Part shown: piece by piece, positions 33,164 to 43,677 of the stretch
Layout of the letters: each line of letters begins with the position of its first letter
Position numbering within the stretch: the first letter of the stretch is position 1
Assembly: GCA_963708025.1 (NCBI GenBank)
Contig: CAVPSB010000031.1
Span: 1 to 64,000 of the forward strand
From: an uncultured Candidatus Rokubacteria bacterium
GTDB taxonomy: Bacteria; Methylomirabilota; Methylomirabilia; Rokubacteriales; DASRDR01
Reading direction: 5' to 3'
DNA length: 64,000 nt
Notes under the pieces: model-generated
Told to the model about the DNA's origin: nothing
The model's database searches: none
The model's input: the letters and a program-made list of their open reading frames with translations, nothing else
Translations under genes and position numbers: made by a program

Positions 33164-34855
33164 TCAGAACTCCTCGGCCTCGTCGTGCAGCCCGCCGCCA
33201 TTCCGCGGCGCGGACGCCATGGCGGGCATCCGGGGAGCCGGCGCCCGCTTGCCCCCGATGATCACCCCCGGCTCGACCGTGGCTGGCCGCCTGGTCGGCC
33301 CCTCGGCGGCGGCACCCGCGGTCCCGAGCTTGAAGCGCCCCACCAGCCGGTGCATGTCGCCGGACTGGGAGGCGAGCATCTGGGCGGTTGACGAGAGCTC
33401 CTCGGTCTGGGCCGCGTTCGACTGCACCACGTGGTCCATCTGGTTCACGGCCCGGTTGACCTGGTCGATCCCCTGGGACTGCTCCTGGCTGGCGGACGCG
33501 ATCTCGGCGATGATGTCCGTCACCCGCTTGACCGAGCTGACGATGTCCTCCAGGGCCTGCCCGGACCGGTTCACCAAGGCGGAGCCGTCGTCCACCTTCT
33601 GCACCGAGTCCCGGATCAGCGCCTTGATCTCCTTGGCGGCCGCCGCCGACCGTTGGGCCAGGTTCCGCACCTCGGCCGCCACCACCGCAAAGCCCCGGCC
33701 CTGCTCCCCCGCTCGGGCGGCCTCCACCGCCGCGTTCAGGGCCAGCAGGTTCGTCTGGAACGCGATCTCGTCGATCACCGTGATGATCTCGACGACCTTG
33801 CGCGAGGCGCGGCTGATCTCGTCCATGGCCGAGATCGCCTTGAGCACGACCTGGCCGCCCGCCGCCGCCGTGTCGCGGGCCCCCGCCGCCAGCTGGTTGG
33901 CCTGGCGGGCATTGTCCGCGTTCTGCTTGACCGTCCCCGTGATCTGCTCCAGGCTGGCGGTGGTCTCCTCCAGCGACGCGGCGTGTTCCTGGGTTCCGGA
34001 CGACAGGTGCGTGGCGGCGCCCGAGAGCTGCTGCGACGCCGTGCCGACGTGAGTCGAGGTGTCGCGGATCTCCTGGACCAGCGCGTGGAGCTTGTCGAGG
34101 AAGACGTTCAAGGAAGAGGCGAGCTGACCGACCTCGTCCCGCGCGACGACGGGGAGCCGCACCGTGAGATCAGCATCGCCCTGGGCGAGCTCGTCGAGCC
34201 GGTCGACGGCCGCCCGGAGGGGCCGCGTGATCCGACCGGACGCGTAGGCGTACGCCAGGATCCCGACGAGCAGCGAGAGAATCCCCACACCGAGGACGGT
34301 CCAGACGGCCTGCCGCGCCGCCGCTTCCACTTTCTGGGTGGAGACGCCGATCCGCACGACGCCGATCCGGCCCAGCCCCTTGTAGGTCACGGGCGCCACC
34401 ACCTCGAAGAGGCTCGGCGCGTCGGGAACGGTCGCCTGCACGAACCCGGTGGCCTGGGCCATGGTCTTGTCGAAGTCCGTCCGCAGGCCATTCAGCCGGC
34501 GGTCCGTCGTCGCGACGACCTCCCCCTTCGCACTGACGACGGCGGCGTAGGCCACGTCGGCATCGGCGGCCTTCGCCCCGTTGACGATCTGCTGCATGGC
34601 CTCGTCCTCGCCGAGCGAGAGCGGATCGGCCAGCCCGGTCGCGAGCGTCTTCACCAGGAGCTCCGCGCGCTTCGCGAGGCTCTCCGTCAGGGCGGCCTGG
34701 TTGGACCGAATGAACAGCGTGCCAAGCAGCGCGAGGGCGGTGACGAAGACCACCACGAAGGGCAGCATCAGCTTCGTGCGCAGCCCGACCCGTCTCCGGC
34801 CGTTCACCGTCGGCGCCTCCCGTCCGGCCTGATCCGGGACGTGGTCACTTGCCAC
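33164..34855 (-). CDS. Methyl-accepting chemotaxis protein (Cache-like + HAMP + MA)
   Basis: [30 protein letters not shown]. Confidence 0.95.
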   Translation of the reverse strand: MASDHVPDQAGREAPTVNGRRRVGLRTKLMLPFVVVFVTALALLGTLFIRSNQAALTESLAKRAELLVKTLATGLADPLSLGEDEAMQQIVNGAKAADADVAYAAVVSAKGEVVATTDRRLNGLRTDFDKTMAQATGFVQATVPDAPSLFEVVAPVTYKGLGRIGVVRIGVSTQKVEAAARQAVWTVLGVGILSLLVGILAYAYASGRITRPLRAAVDRLDELAQGDADLTVRLPVVARDEVGQLASSLNVFLDKLHALVQEIRDTSTHVGTASQQLSGAATHLSSGTQEHAASLEETTASLEQITGTVKQNADNARQANQLAAGARDTAAAGGQVVLKAISAMDEISRASRKVVEIITVIDEIAFQTNLLALNAAVEAARAGEQGRGFAVVAAEVRNLAQRSAAAAKEIKALIRDSVQKVDDGSALVNRSGQALEDIVSSVKRVTDIIAEIASASQEQSQGIDQVNRAVNQMDHVVQSNAAQTEELSSTAQMLASQSGDMHRLVGRFKLGTAGAAAEGPTRRPATVEPGVIIGGKRAPAPRMPAMASAPRNGGGLHDEAEEF

Positions 34856-35864
34856 TGGCGGCCTCCTTCAGCAGGCTGAGGTCGACCAGTTCGGCGGCCT
34901 TCTGGCTCGACTTGGCGATCCCCAGCGACCGCGACCAGCCGATCTCGCGGTCGAAGAACTCCATGTCCTTGTCGCTGATGGCGTAGTCGAAGCCCACCCG
35001 CTCCCGGGCCATCCGCGCGATCTCGGTCGTCACCCCGTCCTGCTTGAACGCCCGGGCGATGAGGTCGTTCGCCTCTCCCTGGCTGGTTGTGAGGAACTTC
35101 ACGGCATCGACGTGCGCCCGCAGGGCCCGGACCACGGCGTCCCGGTTCTCCTTCAGGAAGTCCGTCCGCACGACCACGACGTACCACGGGTGATGCGGCG
35201 CGGCGTCCACCGTGTTCACGATGACCTTCGTCTGTCCCCCGAGCAGGTACTGGGTGGTGAACGGCTCCACCGTCATCGCCCCGTCCACCTGCTTGTTCAT
35301 CACGACCTCGCCCTTGCCTTCCTCCGCCATCTGGATGACCTGCACATCCGTCTCGGGATCCAGCCCCCCGAGCTCGCGGAGTAGGAAGGCGCGGAGGATC
35401 ACGTCGTTACCGCTGTTCTTCCGCGACCCGGCGACCTTCTTGCCCTTGAGGTCCTTGAGGGCGTTGATCCCCGAGTCCTTCCGCACCAGGATCGAGCCGA
35501 GCCCGAAGCTCGACTTGGCGATCACGGCGACCGACAGACCGCCGCGCAGCATGTCGTGGTAGGTCGGCAGGAACCCGACGTAGGCGATGTCGAGCTCCTT
35601 GGTGGAGAGGCCGCGGGACACGGCCGGCCCGGAGGCGAACGACTTCACCTCGGCGTCGAGGCCGTGCTTCTTGAACAGACCCTTCTCTTCGGCCACGACG
35701 GCGGGCGAGTTCCCCATGTGGTAGTTCCACCCGACCTTCACCTTCTTGGCGGCTTGCCCATCACTCTGGGAGACCAGCGCGGTCGAGACCATCACGCACC
35801 CGAGGAAAAGGGCCAGCACCGGCTTGGCGAGTGTCCCTGTCATCGTTCGGTTCCTCCCAATCAC
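34845..35864 (-). CDS. NMT1/SsuA/TauA-like substrate-binding protein
   Basis: Signal peptide; [23 protein letters not shown]. Confidence 0.85.
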   Translation of the reverse strand: MIGRNRTMTGTLAKPVLALFLGCVMVSTALVSQSDGQAAKKVKVGWNYHMGNSPAVVAEEKGLFKKHGLDAEVKSFASGPAVSRGLSTKELDIAYVGFLPTYHDMLRGGLSVAVIAKSSFGLGSILVRKDSGINALKDLKGKKVAGSRKNSGNDVILRAFLLRELGGLDPETDVQVIQMAEEGKGEVVMNKQVDGAMTVEPFTTQYLLGGQTKVIVNTVDAAPHHPWYVVVVRTDFLKENRDAVVRALRAHVDAVKFLTTSQGEANDLIARAFKQDGVTTEIARMARERVGFDYAISDKDMEFFDREIGWSRSLGIAKSSQKAAELVDLSLLKEAASGK

Positions 35865-36498
35865 GACTGACCGAGTCGCGGGCTACGGGAGCCTTCTCCC
35901 GGCGTCGACTCCGGCTCACTGGAGAAGCTGCCGCTCGCAGCGATCACGTGGCCGCGGTTCATCGTTCCGGAGCGGGCGACATGGCGATGCTGCGAGCCTC
36001 ATCAGTAGAACCGATCGACCTCGGAAACACCTTGGAAAATGTGCAGGAGCGTGCTGCGTGATCTGCCTCTCAGCGACGCTGTGCGGCGCGAACTGGCCGA
36101 AAGGAGGCTAGGGAGGCGGAAGTGGCCACGATCTGGCCAGGGGCCCCGCGCTGCCCCCGATTACAGTCTACGGCCAGTTCGAGGTCGATCCGTGCCGGCG
36201 AGCGCCGCGCCGACCCTCGGCCGCCGGCGGCCATTGGGGCGGGCCCAGGATCCCGACGCGGCGGCCGCCCTGCGTCATGGCGCCGCTCCGCTGGAGCGGG
36301 CAGACGCCGTCGACTTGAGGTCGCCCGGGCTGAGCCCCGTCCGCCCGACGTCGGCCCCAAGGTGGGGGCGCGCGCGGGCGGCAGTGAGCCCGCGGACACG
36401 AGCATTCGGGCGAGCGTCCCACGGCCAGCACAGGCGCGTGACGGGGAGCGAATCACGCCGCCACCCGACCATCGAGCGGCGGCGTGACGATCTGCCGA

Positions 36499-37262
36499 TC
36501 AGAGCGGGCAGGCCCCGAAGTGCGTCGGCCCCTGCTTGAACAGCAGCCTGTTGGCGAGGATCTCGTCGGCGATGGCCTGGCCCACGCCGATCGCGAACCC
36601 ATTGCTGAAGCTGAAGTGGAAGCCGCCGACAACGCGCGAGAGACCAGCCTCGGCCGCGGCCGCCGAGAAGCTCGGGTACGTCCGGGGTGCGTTGGGGAGG
36701 GGTTGGGGCGGAGTGGTTGGCGTCGTGTCCGCCGTGAAGGTGAACGAGATGTTGTCATTGCAGAAGAAGCCCGCCAACGCCCGCGCGGCCGATCCACTGA
36801 ACGTGCTGTGGCCGGACCAGTACTCCGGCGACCCACCGACGCTGCCGGCGCGGGCCGTCCAGGTCGCATCCCTGTCCGTGAAGGAGTTACCGTCCGTGTC
36901 GGCCTCCCGGATCGCCGTGGTCGGCCGCCAGTGCCGGAATATGAACTTCGTCATGTACGTGGGAGCCACAGTGTCGGCCATGGCCATGCTGACCAGCGTG
37001 AAGAGCCGCGTGGCGTTGACGAGCCCCAGCTCCGGGCTCGACGAGACCGCCTCCGTGACCTGGATCCACGCCCCTGGAGGCTGGCTCGTACTCGCGCCGA
37101 GGCTCCAGAACCGGAAGGTGGCGAGCTTGCCGTCATCGGCGATGCCACCGTTGCCGAGGAGCTTGACCTCGGTGAAGGCCGCCGCGTAGTCGAGGCTCGT
37201 CAGCGCGGGCGGGCCGGTGACACTCACGTAGACGCTGGAGTCGGCGATCCCGAAGGCGCGAT
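36499..37262 (-). pseudogene. Vanadium haloperoxidase/PAP2-family C-terminal part
   Basis: KFIFRHWRP, PEYWSGHS, SRVVGGFHF; no credible start. Confidence 0.8.
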
Positions 37263-37480
37263 CGTCGGCGCGACGTCGATGTTGCCGGAGGGAGTCTGGC
37301 TCCGCAGCCCGCTCCTGAAGTGCGGTCCGGCGGCGATCAAGGTGTTCCGTACGTTGACCCGCCCGGGCGTGCCGTGGTCGCCGCGGCGCACCCACATCCC
37401 CGTGTACGTCGTGCCCTTCACGCCCTGCAGGGTGGCCTCGGGGTCGTCGTTGTAGGCCACGAACAGGCGTCATGTTGGCG
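37263..37480 (-). pseudogene. Alkaline phosphatase/NPP-family fragment
   Basis: RGDHG...NTLIAAGPHF...NIDVAPTI. Confidence 0.65.
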
Positions 37481-38019
37481 AGCCCCTCAGCCCCGGCAAG
37501 GCCCGTACCCACGTCCGATGGCGGCGAGCAGGCGAGAAGCTCAACGGCTGAGGACCGCTTTCCCGCCTGGACGCAAACGGCCTTCTGGCGTGACCGTCTG
37601 GCGAAAAGCCTACCCAAAAGCAGACCGCGTTTGCACAAACCAGAAAGGCCCTGGCGCCGTCCGCCCACTGCTGGCGCGGGCCCGCCGTCTGAAATTGGCC
37701 GACCGTACCGATCCGGCTGCCGCGACGGCGGCACCCATTGGCACGAAGCTCGCACTCTAGGGTCGCGCCTTTGCAGCTGAACCCTGCGATGTGGCCCTCG
37801 CACCCACGACGAATCGTCAGCGAGGGGCGAAATAGCGGAGATTGCGCGGGGGGAGGCGCCATGACCGGCCAAGTCGGGTGTCCCTGTGATCGTGGGCCTT
37901 GGGGTCACGGAGGGCGGCATGCGGATGACCGACGGAATGGTCGAGCTCCTGGAGCAGCGGCTATGAGCAGCGGGGATTGACCGTCGAGGCTTCCTGAGAG
38001 GAGGAGTGCGGTGGTCACT

Positions 38020-38472
38020 ATGCAGAGTCGGTTTCGACTGAACGAGCAAGAGGCTTCGGCGAGCTTTATTGACGGCGAGGCGATCATGATGAACATTGGC
38101 ACGGGAGTCTATTACAGTACGGATGCGGTAGGCGCGCGCATTTGGGAGCTGGCAGCAGCGGCATACAGCCCCGCCGAGATCGGAGAGATACTTGCGGGCG
38201 AGTACGAAGTGGGACCCGATCAGGCGCGCGCCGACACGCTGGAGCTCGTCGGCAAGTTTGTTGACGAGGAGCTGGTGCGTCCGGCTGACCCTGTGCGCGT
38301 TCCCGAGCTTCCTCGAACCGATTCCGCTCGCGGTAAGAAGCCATACACCCACCCAACCCTCGACATTTATCGTGAGATCGGACACTTGCTCGCCCTGGAC
38401 CCGCCAATGCCCGGCCTTGAAAACATTTCGTGGGGCGACGCGCCCGCCGGTCCGACGCAGGCGGGCAGCTGA
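38020..38472 (+). CDS. PqqD/RRE-family protein with C-terminal extension
   Basis: DGEAIMMNIGTGVYYSTDAVGARIWEL..EYEV; tail KKPYTHPTL; RBS GAGGAG. Confidence 0.85.
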   Translation: MQSRFRLNEQEASASFIDGEAIMMNIGTGVYYSTDAVGARIWELAAAAYSPAEIGEILAGEYEVGPDQARADTLELVGKFVDEELVRPADPVRVPELPRTDSARGKKPYTHPTLDIYREIGHLLALDPPMPGLENISWGDAPAGPTQAGS

Positions 38473-38489
38473 CGAAAGGCGTACCGGGC

Positions 38490-39626
38490 GTGCAAGACAC
38501 TGCCACCCTCGTCGAACCCCTGCTCGCGGCAGAGTGGTTCGCTCACGTCGGTGCGCGTTTTGATCATGCGCAAGTTGCGCATCCGCAGGCGTTCTGCGAG
38601 AGATACTATCTTGCAGCAGGCAGGCCGATCGTAATTCGATGCGTCGGCCGCCGCTTCGCGGACCACCTGTACCGTGCGTTCGCGCACCTGGCGATCGCGC
38701 CGGTCGCCGCACCCGCGCTCACCATCGAGTTGTGGGACGAGGGCGAGACCGGAATCTCGTATCCCCTTGCCACATACCCGATTGAACCCGGATTGACGCA
38801 CAACTCGGAGGGCGAAGTCTTACGTGCGGATACAACCAGTCGTTTTTTTTGGTCTGAAAAGGAGGGCGCGGTGACGTGGCTGGACCGCAAGACGAGTCGA
38901 ATTCGCGGGTGGCGCGCCAACGGCAACCCTCCGCCGACGCACGAGCGCTCCAAGCCCATGACTTTTTTATTGTCGCTGTGGCTGTACGATCGGGACATTC
39001 ACGTATTGCACGCGGGAATGACAGCACGCGGCGAAAGAGGCGTCTTGATCGCCGGGGGCAGCGGCATTGGCAAGACCACTACGGCGCTCTCTTGCCTGAT
39101 CGGCGGATTTGACTATTTGTCAGACGATCAAATTGCGGTAGAGCAAGTGTCGAGTGAATCCACCGGGGGTGCGCCCGTTCCAACCGATACGGTGATCGCG
39201 CATAGTCTCTTTCACAGCGCACGCCTCGAACCTGCCCACCTGGCCAACTTTCCTGCCCTCCAACCCCACGCCATACCGAGCACGGATGCGTTTCATCAAA
39301 AATTCCTGGTCCTCTTGGCTGAACTGTTCCCGGAACGGATCCGGCGGCGCGCCGTGATTTGTGCGCTCGTGCTGCCCCGAGTGGGATCAAGTGCGGAAAC
39401 ACGGTTCCGGCAAGCCCGGCGCGTCGAGGCGTTTACATATATGGCGCGGACGTCGCTGTTGACACCTCTCGGAGCGGGACGGCGGCGATTCGAGCGGGTA
39501 AATCAGCTCCTCGCCCGCGTACCCTGTTACTGGCTCGAGTTGGGTCACGATTTGACAACTATTCCGGCGGCGCTCGACCGGATCTTGAGCGAGAGCGTAC
39601 CGCCTGCCGGGCAAGGCGCCGAATGA
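38490..39626 (+). CDS. HPr-kinase-like P-loop kinase
   Basis: LHAG...GVLIAGGSGIGKTTT...YLSDD. Confidence 0.8.
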   Translation: MQDTATLVEPLLAAEWFAHVGARFDHAQVAHPQAFCERYYLAAGRPIVIRCVGRRFADHLYRAFAHLAIAPVAAPALTIELWDEGETGISYPLATYPIEPGLTHNSEGEVLRADTTSRFFWSEKEGAVTWLDRKTSRIRGWRANGNPPPTHERSKPMTFLLSLWLYDRDIHVLHAGMTARGERGVLIAGGSGIGKTTTALSCLIGGFDYLSDDQIAVEQVSSESTGGAPVPTDTVIAHSLFHSARLEPAHLANFPALQPHAIPSTDAFHQKFLVLLAELFPERIRRRAVICALVLPRVGSSAETRFRQARRVEAFTYMARTSLLTPLGAGRRRFERVNQLLARVPCYWLELGHDLTTIPAALDRILSESVPPAGQGAE

Positions 39627-40321
39627 ATCCCCTCGTCAGCTGCATCGTGGCGGTTTACAACGGCGAGCGATTCCTGGCAGAGACGCTCGAGAGCATTTTC
39701 GCTCAGACGTACGAGCCGCTGGAAGTGCTCGTCGTAGATGATGGTTCGACCGACCGTACGCGCGAGGTGGTGGAGCGGTGGGGCGCGCGCATCCGATACA
39801 TCTGGCAGGAAAATGCCGGGCCGGTCAAAGCACGCAACAAGGGAATCGCCGCCGCGCAGGGGGACTTGATCGCCTTTACAGATGCGGATGACCTTTGGCT
39901 TCCGGACAAGACGGCGCGCCAGGTAGCGCGCCTCGTCTCGCCGCCGGTCATCGGCGGGAGCGTGACGCTGATCCAGAATTTTTGGATGGATGAGCTTGAA
40001 CACGAGCGGGAGCAGCTCAAGAATCACCCGCGCGCCCAACCGCTGCCGGGGTATGTTGTTCAGACCCTCATGGTCCACCGGAGGACCTTTGACCGGCTTG
40101 GCTTGTTTGATACCACACTGATCCATGCGTCCGAATTGGACTGGTTCCTCCGCGCGGAACAAGCCGGAGAGGTTATCGAACTGCTGTCCGAGGTGCTGGT
40201 CCGCCGTCGAATGCACTTGAACAGCATGACCCGCCAGGGCGGAGACCGCAGCCGCAAGGAGCATTTGCGTGTGCTCAAGCGCCACCGGGACCGGCAGCGC
40301 GTGCGCCGGGACGAGGGATGA
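39623..40321 (+). CDS. GT2 glycosyltransferase
   Basis: VSCIVAVYNGERFL, VVDDGSTD, FTDADD. Confidence 0.9.
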   Translation: MNPLVSCIVAVYNGERFLAETLESIFAQTYEPLEVLVVDDGSTDRTREVVERWGARIRYIWQENAGPVKARNKGIAAAQGDLIAFTDADDLWLPDKTARQVARLVSPPVIGGSVTLIQNFWMDELEHEREQLKNHPRAQPLPGYVVQTLMVHRRTFDRLGLFDTTLIHASELDWFLRAEQAGEVIELLSEVLVRRRMHLNSMTRQGGDRSRKEHLRVLKRHRDRQRVRRDEG

Positions 40322-41466
40322 AGGCCCTTCTCTGGACCGAAAAGTTCTACCCCGCGCTCGGCGGCGCCGAGCACGGTGCCCTTCAATTGATTCAGGCGCT
40401 GCGAGCGCGCGGTCATGTTTTCGCGGTTGTCACCACTCACTTTGACCCGAGCTTGCCCCAGGTCGAGGTCCATTCAGGAGTTCTCATTCGCCGGTTCAAT
40501 CTCCACGCTTCAATCGCCGCGGGAGATCTTTCTCAAATAGTTCGAGAGCGGCAGCGTGTGGCCGGGTTCAAGCGCGAGTTCGCCCCCGATCTCGACCACA
40601 TTTTCGGAATCAGAGCACTGGGGGTTTTTTATTTACACACCCGCGCGTCCTTTCCTGCGCCCCTACTTGTCTCGCTGCGGAACAGTATCTCGGAATTCCG
40701 GGGCGCGCTAAGCGAGGACAGTGTGCCACGCGCAGTGCTGGCAAGCGCCGATTGGGTCACCACGCTCGTGCGGCAAGATATTGATCCCCTCCTCAACCTG
40801 CTGCCGCAACTGGCCCGGCGAATTTCCTATATCACGAATGCGATCCAACCGCTCGCTCTCAACCCCGTACCTCTGCCGGAGACGCCGCGCCTGCTGTGCG
40901 TGGCGCGCTTGGCAGAGCAAAAGCGGCTCGACCTCTTGCTCCGTGCCTTTGCTGAGGTGATTCTGTCCGCTCCGCGTGCGACCCTGACGATCGCGGGCGA
41001 CGGGCCCGACCGCCCGCAGCTGGAACGGCAGGTCGCCGAGCTTGGATTAGCGAGCTCGGTCCAATTCCTCGGCTGGGTTCCTCCCCCCGAAATTCCGAAT
41101 CTCATTAACTCGGCGACTTGTCTCGTGCTGGCGTCCGATCGCGAAGGCATCCCACGGGTCGGATTGGAGGCGGCCGCGCTCGAACGGCCGTTGATCGCTA
41201 CGCGAGTGGGCGGCGTGCCGGATTTCGTTGTGGACGGGGAGACAGGGCTGTTGACGCCGCCCGGCGATGTCAGCGCGCTTGCCCGCGCGATCACTTTTAT
41301 GCTCAGTCACCCGGAGCGCGCGGCCGCGATGGGGCTTGCGGCGCGAACAAGAGCGCAAGAACATTTTCGCTTTGAGCAGGTAGCAGATGCATTTGACACG
41401 CTCTACCGGCAGCTAGCTCGAGCCGAGCCGACGAGGGAAAATGAATGTCTTGTTTTGGACCAGTAA
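40318..41466 (+). CDS. GT4 glycosyltransferase
   Basis: GGAE; ARLAEQKR; EGIPRVGLEA; GETGLL. Confidence 0.9.
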   Translation: MKALLWTEKFYPALGGAEHGALQLIQALRARGHVFAVVTTHFDPSLPQVEVHSGVLIRRFNLHASIAAGDLSQIVRERQRVAGFKREFAPDLDHIFGIRALGVFYLHTRASFPAPLLVSLRNSISEFRGALSEDSVPRAVLASADWVTTLVRQDIDPLLNLLPQLARRISYITNAIQPLALNPVPLPETPRLLCVARLAEQKRLDLLLRAFAEVILSAPRATLTIAGDGPDRPQLERQVAELGLASSVQFLGWVPPPEIPNLINSATCLVLASDREGIPRVGLEAAALERPLIATRVGGVPDFVVDGETGLLTPPGDVSALARAITFMLSHPERAAAMGLAARTRAQEHFRFEQVADAFDTLYRQLARAEPTRENECLVLDQ

Positions 41467-42553
41467 TTTTCCGCCCTCGATCGGGGGTGTGCAAACGGTC
41501 GCGGCGGAGCTGCTGCCGGCTCTGCGAGCTCGCGGCCACGAGCTGACGGTAATTACGACGCACGTCAATTACACTCTGCCCGACGAAACGACCTTTGAAG
41601 GAATTCCCGTTCACCGTTTGCACTTTTTGGCCGCGCTGAACACATGGGATGGACGATCGGTCCTCCAGGTGGGCCGTCGCGCGGCAAGCCTTGTCCGCCG
41701 GATCGCACCCGATGTGCTCCACCTGTTTGGGATCGGGGCGACCGACGTGTTCTTTATTATGGCGCGCAAGAATCTCCCCGCGCCGACGCTGGTCACTTTG
41801 CAGAATGAAAACTCGAAATTACTGCGCGAGCACAAGCATCCCTCGCACCTGTCCAGCGTACTCGCGTATGCGGACCGTGTTACGACCGTTGCCCGCGTCG
41901 AGGTAGAACGGCTCGCCCAGCTCGAGCCCCGGCTGGAAGGACGGGTCTCTTATATCTACAACACACTCAAGCCGCCTGCAGTCGAGCCGGCGCCCCTCCC
42001 GGCGGCGCCGCGCCTGCTGGCATTGGGTCGGCTTGTGCCTCAAAAGTCATTTGAGGTTGCTCTATGCGCGTTCGCGCGCGTTGCTCCAACCTATCCGGAT
42101 GCGCGTTTGATCGTCGCCGGAGACGGACCCGAGCGCACCAAGTTAGAGAACCTCGCTGCGGAATTAGGGATAGAAAATGCGATAGAGTTCAGGGGTTGGG
42201 TGCAGCCCGAGGAGGTCCCCGCCTTGATCAATCAAGTCACGGCCGTCGTCCTGCCTTCGCAGCTCGAAGGGCTGCCGCTGGTCGGGATCGAGGCTGCCCA
42301 GCTGCGGCGGGCCTTGCTTGCGACGCGCGTAGGGGGACTGCCCGAGCTGGTGCTGGATGGTGAAACGGGCTTTTTGTCAGAGCCGGGGGATGTTGCCGCG
42401 CTGGCGGCGGCAATGGACGTCGTGCTGGCGAACCCGGAGCGCGCGCGGGCCATGGGCCTGGCGGCACAACAGCACGCCCTCGAGGTCTTTTCCTTTGATG
42501 GCATGGTGGACGCGTATGATCAGCTCTACCGCGAGCTAGGCACTCGCGCGTAG
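41441..42553 (+). CDS. GT4 glycosyltransferase
   Basis: GRLVPQK; EGLPLVGIEA. Confidence 0.9.
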   Translation: MNVLFWTSNFPPSIGGVQTVAAELLPALRARGHELTVITTHVNYTLPDETTFEGIPVHRLHFLAALNTWDGRSVLQVGRRAASLVRRIAPDVLHLFGIGATDVFFIMARKNLPAPTLVTLQNENSKLLREHKHPSHLSSVLAYADRVTTVARVEVERLAQLEPRLEGRVSYIYNTLKPPAVEPAPLPAAPRLLALGRLVPQKSFEVALCAFARVAPTYPDARLIVAGDGPERTKLENLAAELGIENAIEFRGWVQPEEVPALINQVTAVVLPSQLEGLPLVGIEAAQLRRALLATRVGGLPELVLDGETGFLSEPGDVAALAAAMDVVLANPERARAMGLAAQQHALEVFSFDGMVDAYDQLYRELGTRA

Positions 42554-42567
42554 AACTTGTCGGTCGC

Positions 42568-43677
42568 ATGCGCATTCTATTCTGGGTGGATGCTTTCTAT
42601 CCGGGGATCGGAGGAGTGCAGGTCCTCGGGACTGCGCTCGTGCGTGCCCTGCGGCGACAGGGGCACGAACTCCTCGTCTTCGGCGGACCGTACCTGTCCG
42701 ACCGCGCCGATCCGGATGTGTTTGATGGAATTCCGCTGTATCGGTTTCCATTCGAGTACCTCGTACACCCTCATTCGCCGGAGATGATTGGGCGGATCAA
42801 GCGAGAGCTGGCCGGTTTGCTCCACGCGTTCAAGCCGGACCTGGCTCACATCTTTCACGCGTCTACGGGGTTTGTTCTTTATCTTGAATCCGCGAACGCC
42901 GCGCCTGCGCCAACACTCTTGACCCTGCACGGAAATCCCCTCAACGCGACGCCGCCGATCAACGCTGCACGCCGGCGCTTGCTTCGCGAGGTGGATTGGA
43001 TTGCATGCTGCTCCGAGGCGCTGCGCGCCGAGATGGTCCAGCTCGTCCCCGAGATCTGGGATCACTGCTCGACCGTTTTGAATTCTCTCGAGATGCCTCG
43101 GGAACGACCCGAACCTTTACCAATTGCCGAGCCGCGGATTGCCTGCATCGGACGACTGGATCCGCAAAAAGGATTTGATTTCGCGCTGGACGCCTTTGCG
43201 CTCGTCGCGTCCAAGTTCCCGCGCGCCAGACTGGTCGTCGCAGGGGACGGACCCGAACGCGCAGCGCTGGAAGCGCAAGCTGATCGGCGGGGGATTCAAG
43301 AACAGGTAGATTTCTGTGGTTGGTTCCCTCCGCCACGTGTCCCAGATCTTCTGAATCAAGCCGCGCTCGTCCTCATGCCTTCGCGATTCGAGCCGTTCGG
43401 GTTGGTCGCGCTCCAGGCGGCGCAAATGGGGCGTCCGGTAATCGCGTCCCGGGTCGGAGGGCTGCCCGAAGTAGTCGTGGACGGGGAGACGGGGCTCTTG
43501 GTAGACCCTGAAAATGTCCCCCTGCTCGCGCAGGCTATCGAGTCGCTCCTCGCGCAACCGGACCGCTCCGTCGAGATGGGGGCGCAAGCACGCGCGCACG
43601 CCGAGAGGAACTTTTCCTGGGACCGCTTTGTCGGACACTATGAGATGCTATACAAAAGGCTCACTCTCTCCCTCTGA
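42568..43677 (+). CDS. GT4 glycosyltransferase
   Basis: GRLDPQKG; EPFGLVALQA. Confidence 0.9.
   Translation: MRILFWVDAFYPGIGGVQVLGTALVRALRRQGHELLVFGGPYLSDRADPDVFDGIPLYRFPFEYLVHPHSPEMIGRIKRELAGLLHAFKPDLAHIFHASTGFVLYLESANAAPAPTLLTLHGNPLNATPPINAARRRLLREVDWIACCSEALRAEMVQLVPEIWDHCSTVLNSLEMPRERPEPLPIAEPRIACIGRLDPQKGFDFALDAFALVASKFPRARLVVAGDGPERAALEAQADRRGIQEQVDFCGWFPPPRVPDLLNQAALVLMPSRFEPFGLVALQAAQMGRPVIASRVGGLPEVVVDGETGLLVDPENVPLLAQAIESLLAQPDRSVEMGAQARAHAERNFSWDRFVGHYEMLYKRLTLSL

Noticed and set aside
37263-38712. 737-aa ORF 36499-38712 as one protein
   Set aside because: Only the last ~250 aa are haloperoxidase-like; the rest is antisense to the PqqD and kinase genes or reads as noise
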